The position numbers were made by a program, and so were the translations under genes. The notes below the pieces were generated by a model, which ran no database searches, was not told the DNA's origin, and worked only from the letters and a program-made list of their open reading frames with translations. From Clostridia bacterium (GTDB taxonomy: Bacteria; Bacillota; Clostridia; Oscillospirales; CAG-382): a DNA stretch of 64,000 bases. Where the stretch lies: positions 10,079 through 74,078 of the forward strand of contig JAFSNK010000019.1 in the NCBI GenBank assembly GCA_017447445.1, given 5' to 3'. The first letter of the stretch is position 1. Every line of letters starts with the position of its first letter. Shown piece after piece: positions 53,742-60,963 of the stretch.

Positions 53742-55056
53742 AAAATTCGTTATCGCGCTGCTGATCGCCTGCTGTCTGCCGCTTGCCGCGTGCTCCGGCG
53801 GCGAGACCAGGCCGAATGAGAAAAAGCTTGTCGTCAACGATTCCGCGGGGAACGCGCTCGCGGTGTTCGTGACCGGCAAGGAGAGCGTCGGAAAATACTC
53901 CTCCTACGTGGGGCGCGCCGTTTCGGAATCCGCGGAAATAATCGTTTCCGCCGGGCTCTGCAAAAAAGAAGACGCGGCGGCCGAGCTGCTTTCCGGCGGA
54001 TACGTTATCGAAACGGCGCTCGTGCCGCAGGTCGCGGAAGCAATAACGCAAGCGGCTTCGCAACTGGAGCCCGGAGCCGCGTTCGGCGCCGCGGCGACCG
54101 ACCTGCAGGGGCGGCTCATCGCCGCCTGCGATTCCGGCGGCGACACGGCCTTTATGCGCACGGCGCCCTATTCCTCTTTCAAGCCGTTAAGCGTCTATGC
54201 CCAGGCGATCGAGCGCGGCGTGGCCGTCTGGTCGACTTCTTATCCGGATTCCCCGGTAAAGCAGATCACCCGCGACAACGGGCGCGTTACGGATTGGCCC
54301 GCCAACGCGGACGGCAAATACAGCCGCGAAAACGTCGCCCTGCCGAAGGCGCTTATGCGCTCGCTCAACACCGTGGCGGTGCGCTGTATGCGGGACGTGG
54401 GCGTGCTTAACTCGCTGGATTTTATACGCGATTCGTTCGGAAGGGATCTCGCTTCGGAGCGCGCCCGCGCGGAAACGTACGGCGAGGAAGAGGTTTTGGG
54501 GAATTGCGCGCTCGGATATCTTTACGAAGGCGTTTCACCCGCGGAAATGGCGGGTTATTACCAGATATTCGCGAACGGCGGAACGTATTACGCGCCGAAA
54601 GCGGTCATGCGCGTTACCAAAAACGGCGAGGAGATATATAAATACTCGCCGCGTGGCAAGCGCGTTATAAAAGAAAGCACCGCCTTTATAATGAACCGTT
54701 TGCTGCGCGAACCGGTCATGCCCGGCGGCACCGGAAGCGCCGCGCGGCTGGACGAAATCGAGGTCTGCGGAAAGACCGGCTCCGGCGACGACGGATACTG
54801 GTTCGTCGGCTGTACCCCTGATCATACCTGCGCCGTCTGGCACGATACGGTCCCGGGGCGGTCCCTTTCCCCCGCGATATTCGCTTCCGCGGTAAGCGCG
54901 TTCCCGGTATCCGGCTTTGGGTATCCCGAATGCGCCGACGTAAAACCAATGCTTTACTGTACCGATACCGGGCTTCTGTCCTACGGCAGATGCCCGCACA
55001 CCGACGTCGGGTATTTCGAAAACTCGCATCTGCCGGAATACTGCGACAAGCATTGA
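53734..55056 (+). CDS. penicillin-binding transpeptidase lipoprotein lacking a glycosyltransferase domain
   Basis: Lipobox LPLAAC. The three PBP boxes are SSFKP (SxxK), SLN (SxN) and KTGSG (KTG). The C-terminus is Cys-rich. The gene overlaps the upstream gene by 8 nt. Confidence 0.8.
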   Translation: MAKKFVIALLIACCLPLAACSGGETRPNEKKLVVNDSAGNALAVFVTGKESVGKYSSYVGRAVSESAEIIVSAGLCKKEDAAAELLSGGYVIETALVPQVAEAITQAASQLEPGAAFGAAATDLQGRLIAACDSGGDTAFMRTAPYSSFKPLSVYAQAIERGVAVWSTSYPDSPVKQITRDNGRVTDWPANADGKYSRENVALPKALMRSLNTVAVRCMRDVGVLNSLDFIRDSFGRDLASERARAETYGEEEVLGNCALGYLYEGVSPAEMAGYYQIFANGGTYYAPKAVMRVTKNGEEIYKYSPRGKRVIKESTAFIMNRLLREPVMPGGTGSAARLDEIEVCGKTGSGDDGYWFVGCTPDHTCAVWHDTVPGRSLSPAIFASAVSAFPVSGFGYPECADVKPMLYCTDTGLLSYGRCPHTDVGYFENSHLPEYCDKH

Positions 55057-55076
55057 GATCACGGGAGGAAAAAGAA

Positions 55077-55532
55077 ATGTTTCGGAAGAAAAAGAAAGAC
55101 AATAATAACGAAAAAGAAGAGATCAAGATCGCCCGCCGCGAGGACTGGAAGACCGAGCCGATGCCCGAAAAGCACGAATCCTTTGTGCTTTGCCGTTCTT
55201 TCAGCGAAGCGGAAATGGAAGCGCTCCGCCGCGGGAACGTCCCGAAGGAAATGGAGGACAAGTGGTTCCTGTATATGGAGGGGACGACGCTTTACGCGCA
55301 CCGCAGTTGGACGGGCGTCTGCATCTACCGCATAGACTTCAAAGAAGACGGCAGGCATACCGTTACCGTAAACCGCGACCCGGAGCAGTACGGCTGCGAC
55401 GATATCGGGGAAGACACGGAAACGCTGAACCGGCTTTTGGATTTTTGGGCCGCGCCCGAATATGACCACCGCGGCGAATGGCTTTCGGAAACGTACAATG
55501 CTTTGAAGAAATCGAAAAAGCGCGGAAAATGA
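55077..55532 (+). CDS. hypothetical protein (151 aa)
   Basis: The ATG at 55077 follows GGGAGG. A K/E-rich N-terminus precedes a globular part (EMEDKWFLYMEGTTLYAHRSWTGVCIYRIDF). No family recognised. Confidence 0.6.
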   Translation: MFRKKKKDNNNEKEEIKIARREDWKTEPMPEKHESFVLCRSFSEAEMEALRRGNVPKEMEDKWFLYMEGTTLYAHRSWTGVCIYRIDFKEDGRHTVTVNRDPEQYGCDDIGEDTETLNRLLDFWAAPEYDHRGEWLSETYNALKKSKKRGK

Positions 55533-55560
55533 ACCGTATCACGGTTATAAGAGGTGGAAA

Positions 55561-56001
55561 ATGACTACCGCGATCGTATATTATTCGAAACACCACGGCA
55601 ACACGAAAAAACTGCTTGACGCGATCGCCGCCGAAGACGGTTCGGTCACGCTTATCGACGTTACCGGGCAGCCCGAAGCCGACCTTTCGCGGTATGACCG
55701 GGTCGGGTTTGCCTCCGGCGTCTATTTCAGCGCGTTCGCAAAGCAGATCGTCGCCTTTGTGGGATCTTGCCTGCCGGAGAACAAGGAAGTTTTTTATATC
55801 TACACGCACGGAGCGCCGTTCGTCGGTCTGCCGGGGGGAATACGCGCGGCAGTAAAGAAAAAGAACTGCCGCGAGATCGGCAGGTTCCATTGCCGCGGAT
55901 TCGATACCTTCGGTCCGTTCGGGAAGATAGGCGGCATCGCCAAAGGCCGCCCGAACGAAAAGGATATCGCGAAAGCGGTGGAGTTTTACCGGGCGCTGTA
56001 A
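55561..56001 (+). CDS. flavodoxin-family protein
   Basis: TTAIVYYSKHHGNTKKL is a flavodoxin-like phosphate loop, in a protein of 146 aa. Confidence 0.7.
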   Translation: MTTAIVYYSKHHGNTKKLLDAIAAEDGSVTLIDVTGQPEADLSRYDRVGFASGVYFSAFAKQIVAFVGSCLPENKEVFYIYTHGAPFVGLPGGIRAAVKKKNCREIGRFHCRGFDTFGPFGKIGGIAKGRPNEKDIAKAVEFYRAL

Positions 56002-56041
56002 ACGCGGCGCGGCAAAGCGGCAACAGAATAAAACAAAAAGA

Positions 56042-56076
56042 AAAAGCCCTGAAAACCCGGTGTTTTCAGGGCTTTT
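56042..56076. terminator. bidirectional hairpin terminator
   Basis: AAAAGCCCTGAAAAC-ccggt-GTTTTCAGGGCTTTT between convergent genes. Confidence 0.7.
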
Positions 56077-56119
56077 GCGCGGCGGTCAAAGCGTTTTTCG
56101 ACCGCAAAACCGGAATTTG

Positions 56120-57352
56120 TCAATCTGTCGCGGACGCCATTATCACCGCAAAGCGGTCGAGCGTTTTGTCGTACACGGTAAAGCACAGCGCGCCCCACCA
56201 TTCGTGACCGTCGTCGAAGAACTCCGACCAGTCGGTCGTCCATTCATAAACTTCCAGCCCGTCAGTCCCGTTCGGGAACAGGGCGGCGTTTACACGGTCG
56301 AAATCCGCGTTTCCGAACCAGCCGCCGTGCGGCGGATATAAGAACGCGCCGCGGTAATTCGATCCGCGTTTTTCGTTTGCGGCGGCAAATAACGCGTCGA
56401 CGGCGATCCGCTTTCCCTCCGCGCCTCTGCAGTCGTAGCGCCAGATCTGTTCCTCGCCGTCGAAGAACAACGCCCGGCTTGCCCACACAAGCGCGTACCA
56501 ATGCGCGTTTCGCCCGCTTGCGGCATGCTCGTTTTTAACAAGGAGATACTCCACGGCCGAATCCGGGTATTCGTTTATAACCGCGTACGCCGGATCGTCG
56601 GTTATTACGCGCTCCGCTTCGGGATGAAACGGCTCGCTCTTAAAATCCTCTTTTTCTTCATTCTTTTTTTCGGGCTTTTTCCGCTTCTTGCCGCAGCCGA
56701 GCGCGGCTTCCGCATCGTTTATGCCGATGTCCGACATACCGGCGGCGTATTCGACTATCCTGCAAAAATCAAGCGCGCCGTATTCTCTTCCCGTGATCGA
56801 AGTTATCGTTTCGCCTCGGCTGAAAGCGTCCAGAACGTCGAACGGATCAAAGGCGTTGTGCACCGCCGTCTTGCAGCCGTTCTCGTCGGTTATATACAGG
56901 CACGGCTCGTACGGGTGGCAAGTCAGAGTAAATCTCTCGCCGTTTGCGATCAGATACGGCAGGCCGTTCTGCTGACCGAGCGTATAGCGCCCGTCCCGGT
57001 AAACGACAACGTCTTTATGGACGTCCCACGGCGGGATAAAGGGAGCTTTCATTCTTTCCATCAGATGCTCCCGATCATTCGGCGTCAATTCGCCCTGTTT
57101 TATCGCGCGGTCAAGGAGCTCGGCGTATTCGCTCCCGTCTATCTCGTAAAAAACCTGCGAGAACTTGTGCCAGTCGTACCGGTCTTGATTCGTCCAGACC
57201 ATCAGAAAAAGCTTGCCGTCGTCGGCTCTGCCGACCGCCTTTTCGACGCGGTAACGGATACTTCCGGCCTTCCACCCGCCCTCGAATTCTTCTTTATCTA
57301 CCCAGAACCACGCGTGCCAGCCGTAGCCGGAGTTTACTTTATACTCTTCCAT
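56120..57352 (-). CDS. hypothetical two-module protein (410 aa)
   Basis: The ATG at 57352 follows GAGGAGAGG. N-terminal and C-terminal globular halves are joined by a K/E-rich linker (GKKRKKPEKKNEEKEDFK). The Trp-rich C-terminus is EWTTDWSEFFDDGHEWWGALCF. No family assigned. Confidence 0.65.
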   Translation of the reverse strand: MEEYKVNSGYGWHAWFWVDKEEFEGGWKAGSIRYRVEKAVGRADDGKLFLMVWTNQDRYDWHKFSQVFYEIDGSEYAELLDRAIKQGELTPNDREHLMERMKAPFIPPWDVHKDVVVYRDGRYTLGQQNGLPYLIANGERFTLTCHPYEPCLYITDENGCKTAVHNAFDPFDVLDAFSRGETITSITGREYGALDFCRIVEYAAGMSDIGINDAEAALGCGKKRKKPEKKNEEKEDFKSEPFHPEAERVITDDPAYAVINEYPDSAVEYLLVKNEHAASGRNAHWYALVWASRALFFDGEEQIWRYDCRGAEGKRIAVDALFAAANEKRGSNYRGAFLYPPHGGWFGNADFDRVNAALFPNGTDGLEVYEWTTDWSEFFDDGHEWWGALCFTVYDKTLDRFAVIMASATD

Positions 57353-57761
57353 TTTCCTCTCCTCGCAGGATATCGTGAAGCCCGTCGGTGAAAACGCGGT
57401 AACGCGGAGGAAACCTCTGCGATCCGGTCGCATATATTTCTTCTCCTTCGTTTACCGTCGCTTTCAGAATAAAATTCGTGCCGTCTTTAATGCCCTTCGG
57501 GCGTTTTCCGTGAAATCCGTCCCACGAAAGCAGGCGGCATTTGTTCATCAGCTTCAACGCGCGTTTCGCAGAGATCGCGGCTCGTTTCTGAAGCTGACGC
57601 ACCTCTTCTCCGTCACAATATCCGACGGCATATTGAGAGATTTCCGCTTCGTCGCCTCTATTCACAATCTCATAATCGGTCACATGGCGCATCCCGCTTG
57701 TATGAAGCGTGACTTTTTCAAAGGATTTGATTTTTCCGAACAGTCCGATGATGCTTATCAT
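57339..57761 (-). CDS. hypothetical protein (140 aa)
   Basis: The ATG at 57761 follows GAGGTG. The gene overlaps the downstream gene by 14 nt. LLSWDGFHGKRPKGIKDGTNF looks like a conserved core. No family assigned. Confidence 0.6.
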   Translation of the reverse strand: MISIIGLFGKIKSFEKVTLHTSGMRHVTDYEIVNRGDEAEISQYAVGYCDGEEVRQLQKRAAISAKRALKLMNKCRLLSWDGFHGKRPKGIKDGTNFILKATVNEGEEIYATGSQRFPPRYRVFTDGLHDILRGEENGRV

Positions 57762-57798
57762 TCGTTCACCTCGCCAAACCGGGATCAGGTACCGTATT

Positions 57799-58412
57799 TT
57801 ATCTTTTTCTTAAACGGAAATGAAGAAACGAGAGTATTCCGACGGGCAGAAAATACGCGCACCAAGCAACCAGCGCAAGTCTTCCGCCGATCCCGTCGCC
57901 GCCGGAGGACATCCTTGCGAACATCCCCGTGATCGGCATAAACGTGCAGCTCAAGTAGAACGCCCCGTGTATCATCAGCAGCGCTTTGAGCCACTTATCC
58001 GCCCTGTTCTTCGGTCTCATCGAAAGCCCCGTGAAGAAGGTGGAAAGCGCCATTACGCCGTAGCCAGCAGGTCGTAGTTAAAGATAAGCCCGAACCTGCC
58101 GAATTCCAACAGATTTGCAGCTTGTTCGTTCAACTGTTCGTTGTTTACCGTGGTCAGTTGCGTAAAATAGACAAGCATAATCAACGTGGCATACACCGCC
58201 GCAAGGATCAAACCTATATTCGCGGCGACTTTGCGGTCGCCTTCGCACTCGTGGTGCAGACCTGCCGTCATCATAATAAACCCTATCGGCAGGATAAGGC
58301 AGACAAAATAGCTGCCCATAGAAAAATCGATCAGCAGAAATATTGCAAATAGAAACACCGTCGCCGTTACTATCGCTGAGCCAGCTTTGGATACTGTCTT
58401 GTTAAAATCCAT
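57799..58412 (-). pseudogene. polytopic membrane protein split into two ORFs (frameshift, or TAATG-coupled pair)
   Basis: ORF 58053..58412 ends ...GLIFNYDLLATA*. ORF 57799..58053 starts MALSTFFTGL. The second frame is open upstream as PAGYGV, so a 1-nt shift near 58060-58068 would restore one continuous TM helix. Confidence 0.5.
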
Positions 58413-58446
58413 ATTCTTTCTCCAAAAATCCCGGTTTGTCGGGATA

Positions 58447-58475
58447 ATTGTAACATAATTGTGTGAATAAATCAA
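58447..58475 (-). promoter_or_regulatory. sigma-A promoter (TTGATT-17-TACAAT) for the split membrane gene
   Basis: On the minus strand, TTGATT is at 58475-58470 and TACAAT at 58452-58447. Confidence 0.5.
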
Positions 58476-58627
58476 GGAGAAATGAGATAACGGGAGTTTA
58501 ATGAAGACGTCGGCACAGCCGGCTGATTAAGACGGGCTTGCGCCCCAACGAAGTCGCCCGCTTTGCTGCGAACCCCCGAAACGAGCAAGCCCGTTCCGGG
58601 GAACCCGGGTGCGGGGCGGCTTCATTG

Positions 58628-58728
58628 AAAAAGGACTTGCCTAAGCAAGTCCTTTGTTTGAGCAAAGATTGCTATTTCAACAAGAAAAACCGCATCGTTA
58701 CATTTCGTAACGCTGCGGGTTTTCTTTT
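58628..58728. terminator. two hairpin terminators downstream of the XRE operon
   Basis: AAAGGACTTGC-ctaa-GCAAGTCCTTT at 58630-58655, and CCGCATCGTTAC-atttc-GTAACGCTGCGG at 58690-58718 with flanking A and T runs. Confidence 0.6.
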
Positions 58729-58785
58729 GCTTCTCAATAGTAGTAAAGAAGTGTCTTTTGACGAGATTCACCGGGCATTCCAATT

Positions 58786-58992
58786 TCAGAAGTAGAATAG
58801 CTCTTCAAACTTCTTATCCAGAGCTATGCAGAGAATCAGCGCCAACTTGGCGGTAGGGTTGAACTGCCCGGTTTCGATGGAACTGATGGTATTTCTGGAA
58901 ACGCCGACCATCTTTGCCAATTCCGACTGTGACAGTCCTTTTTCTTTCCTTACTTCTGCGAGATTGTTACGTAGAATCAGCTCGTCTTCCAT
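58786..58992 (-). CDS. XRE-family helix-turn-helix transcriptional regulator (68 aa)
   Basis: LRNNLAEVRKEKGLSQSELAKMVGVSRNTISSIETGQFNPT is a canonical HTH_3 sequence. Confidence 0.9.
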   Translation of the reverse strand: MEDELILRNNLAEVRKEKGLSQSELAKMVGVSRNTISSIETGQFNPTAKLALILCIALDKKFEELFYF

Positions 58993-58993
58993 A

Positions 58994-59320
58994 TCAGATT
59001 ACCCCGCTCAACTGAAGAATCCACATGACCAGCATCGATAACGCAAGAACACCCCAGATGATTGCAGCGACCAGTTCATGGCGCCGCCGAAGCCTGAGGT
59101 ATTTAACCGTGAAAATGACGAACGGCATTGAAAACAGCGCGAAATCAGCGCCTCTGTTTACATAGTGAAGTACGAATCCGTTTACGGTATCTACAAGAAT
59201 TAACAGAATGACGCCGATTATATAAGCCAACCACACCCCGTTTTTTCTTGCCTCCTGTTCGGGGAGATCCTTTTCTTTTCCTTCTCTTTGGGCTTTTGCA
59301 AGGATTTCTTCTTTCTTCAT
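58994..59320 (-). CDS. small membrane protein (DUF6442-like), first gene of the XRE operon
   Basis: MKKEEILAKAQREGKEKD is followed by three TM helices. The ATG at 59320 follows GGAGG. The stop lies 1 nt before the XRE start. Confidence 0.7.
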   Translation of the reverse strand: MKKEEILAKAQREGKEKDLPEQEARKNGVWLAYIIGVILLILVDTVNGFVLHYVNRGADFALFSMPFVIFTVKYLRLRRRHELVAAIIWGVLALSMLVMWILQLSGVI

Positions 59321-59364
59321 GAAAACCGCCTCCTTTTTTTGCAAAGTTTTCTTTGCACATTGGC

Positions 59365-59393
59365 ATTATAGCATTGACAAGTTTACTTGTCAA
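59365..59393 (-). promoter_or_regulatory. consensus sigma-A promoter (TTGACA-17-TATAAT) overlapped by palindromic operator-like sites
   Basis: On the minus strand, TTGACA is at 59393-59388 and TATAAT at 59370-59365. A 20-bp palindrome TTGACAAGT-NN-ACTTGTCAA lies at 59374-59393. GCAAAG-N4-CTTTGC lies at 59341-59356, with a near copy at 59402-59417. Confidence 0.7.
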
Positions 59394-59480
59394 TAGTTTT
59401 TGCAAAGTTTTCTTGACATTTTTGCAATTTGAAAAAGAAACGCAGTTCAGATACGAAAGAGAATCATTCTTGATGCTGTG

Positions 59481-59521
59481 AAAAAAGGATTGCTACCTTT
59501 GTTAAGATAGCAATCCTTTTT
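59481..59521. terminator. hairpin terminator abutting the tRNA 3' end
   Basis: AAAAAAGGATTGCTA-N12-TAGCAATCCTTTTTT. Confidence 0.7.
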
Positions 59522-59610
59522 TGGCGGACAGGGTGGGATTCGAACCCACGTGCGCTTGCGCGCAAACTGATTTCGAGTCAGCCCCGTTATGACCGCTTCG
59601 ATACCTGTCC
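59522..59610 (-). tRNA. tRNA-Ser (anticodon CGA), class II with a long variable arm and encoded CCA
   Basis: Reverse complement: GGACAGG-TA-TCGAAGCGGTCATAACGG-GGCTGA-CT[CGA]AA-TCAGT-TTGCGCGCAAGCGCAC-GTGGG-TTCGAAT-CCCAC-CCTGTCC-G-CCA. All four arms fold by hand. Confidence 0.9.
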
Positions 59611-59687
59611 GTATAAAAAACAAATATTTGTTTTGGCTTATTTGCATCCTTACCGATAACGGGGCGCTTTTCTTTCGCCGCCCGACC

Positions 59688-59716
59688 ATTGTACCACGGA
59701 AAAAAGAATTTTGCAA
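59688..59716 (-). promoter_or_regulatory. sigma-A promoter upstream of tRNA-Ser (TTGCAA-17-TACAAT, extended -10)
   Basis: On the minus strand, TTGCAA is at 59716-59711 and TGgTACAAT ends at 59688. The promoter lies about 70 nt before the mature tRNA 5' end. Confidence 0.55.
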
Positions 59717-59744
59717 GAGGTTTTTTTATTTTATCGCAAAAACC

Positions 59745-60518
59745 TTATTCCGCGCCGAACCCCGCGTGTTCCGCGATGGTTTCGAAGATCGCCTGCGCGC
59801 AGATGCGCGAGCCGAGCGGAGAGGGGTGGCTGCCGTCCTGGGCGAAGACCTCTTCGCCGCCGCGGTACGCTTTGTGGAACCTTTCGCCGGCAAGGGCAAG
59901 CAGCGTGCCGTATTCCTCCGCCGCGGTCTCGTACGCTTCGCGCAGTTTTTCCTGCATTTCCTCGTGCGTCCAGCCGTTTGACGCAAGCGTTTCGCTCCCG
60001 TCGGCGCGCCCCCACGTCTCGTAAAGCACGGGAGTCGCGCCGTTTTCGGCTATCAGCGGCAAAAGCTCCCGCAGACTTTTGTAAAACGTTTCCGGGTTGG
60101 AGGCGGGGCGCACGCTCTGCTCCTGCAAAACGACGTAGTCGTATTTTTTGCTTTTAAGCAGTCCGCGCGCTTTTATTCCGTATTCGTTCGTTTCCGAAAC
60201 GAAGTGCGCCAGCGTATAGCCGCCCGCGGTGACCGAATCGACGAACGCAGTGATCCCCTTTTCGACGCACATCGTCTGAAATATCGACGGAAGGTCGTTG
60301 CAGTAGGTATAGCTGTTGCCAATGAACAGAACTCTGATCGTCTTTTTCATTTCTTTTTCCTCGCTTGCCTTCGTTTCTTCCGGTTCCGCCGCGTTGCTCC
60401 GCGCGGCGCTTTCGGTTTGCGCCGGGAGCTCGCTTCTGTTTTTCGGATCTCCCGCCGCGCAGCCGCAAAGCAGCGCGGAGAGAAGAAGGAATATCAACGT
60501 AACTGCGGATATTTTCAT
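59745..60518 (-). CDS. SGNH/GDSL-like hydrolase lipoprotein
   Basis: Lipobox LLSALLCGC. IRVLFIGNSYTY is a block-I GNS motif, and the C-terminus has QDGSHPS (block V D-x-x-H). Confidence 0.75.
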   Translation of the reverse strand: MKISAVTLIFLLLSALLCGCAAGDPKNRSELPAQTESAARSNAAEPEETKASEEKEMKKTIRVLFIGNSYTYCNDLPSIFQTMCVEKGITAFVDSVTAGGYTLAHFVSETNEYGIKARGLLKSKKYDYVVLQEQSVRPASNPETFYKSLRELLPLIAENGATPVLYETWGRADGSETLASNGWTHEEMQEKLREAYETAAEEYGTLLALAGERFHKAYRGGEEVFAQDGSHPSPLGSRICAQAIFETIAEHAGFGAE

Positions 60519-60522
60519 TTTA

Positions 60523-60963
60523 TCATTTCATAAACCGTTCCGCGGCGGCGACGGCGAGCGAATCGCAGCGCTCGTTATACTTGTGCCCGTCGTGCCCGCG
60601 CACCCAGACGAACTCTACCCGGTGCTTTTGAAGCTGTTCGCAAAGCTCCTTCCACAGGTCGTCGTTGAGCACCGGAGACCTGTCCGCCTTGCGCCAGCTC
60701 TTTTTTACCCAGTCGTCGAGCCAGCCCTTGTTTATCGCGTTCACCAGATACTGCGAATCGCTGTAGAGCGTGACCTCGCAGGGCTCTTTTAGCGCGCCGA
60801 GCCCCATTATCGCGGCGGTGAGCTCCATCCGGTTGTTGGTGGTGTTTTCTTCGCCGCCGGACAGTTCGCGTTCCACTCCGCGGTATTCGAGTATCGCCGC
60901 CCAGCCGCCGCATCCGGGGTTACCCTTGCAGGCGCCGTCGGTATAAACGTTCACCTTTTTCAA
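60523..60963 (-). CDS. rnhA: ribonuclease HI
   Basis: VYTDGACKGNPGCGGWAAIL, TTNNRMELTA, LYSDSQY and VRGHDGHKYNERCD align closely with E. coli RNase HI, including the DEDD catalytic residues and His. Confidence 0.9.
   Translation of the reverse strand: MKKVNVYTDGACKGNPGCGGWAAILEYRGVERELSGGEENTTNNRMELTAAIMGLGALKEPCEVTLYSDSQYLVNAINKGWLDDWVKKSWRKADRSPVLNDDLWKELCEQLQKHRVEFVWVRGHDGHKYNERCDSLAVAAAERFMK

Noticed and set aside
58538-58795. 85-aa plus-strand ORF downstream of the XRE operon.
   Set aside because: It runs through two terminator hairpins and the GC-rich insert. It has a TTG start and no ribosome-binding site.
56000-59720. Prophage or integrative-element call next to tRNA-Ser.
   Set aside because: I found no integrase, recombinase, phage structural or replication gene and no tRNA-derived direct repeat. 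I report it only as a possible relic with moderate interest.
59447-59981. ORFs 59447..59716(-) and 59589..59981(+) overlapping the tRNA.
   Set aside because: They are read-throughs of the tRNA-Ser gene with its promoter and terminator, and antisense to the SGNH hydrolase gene.
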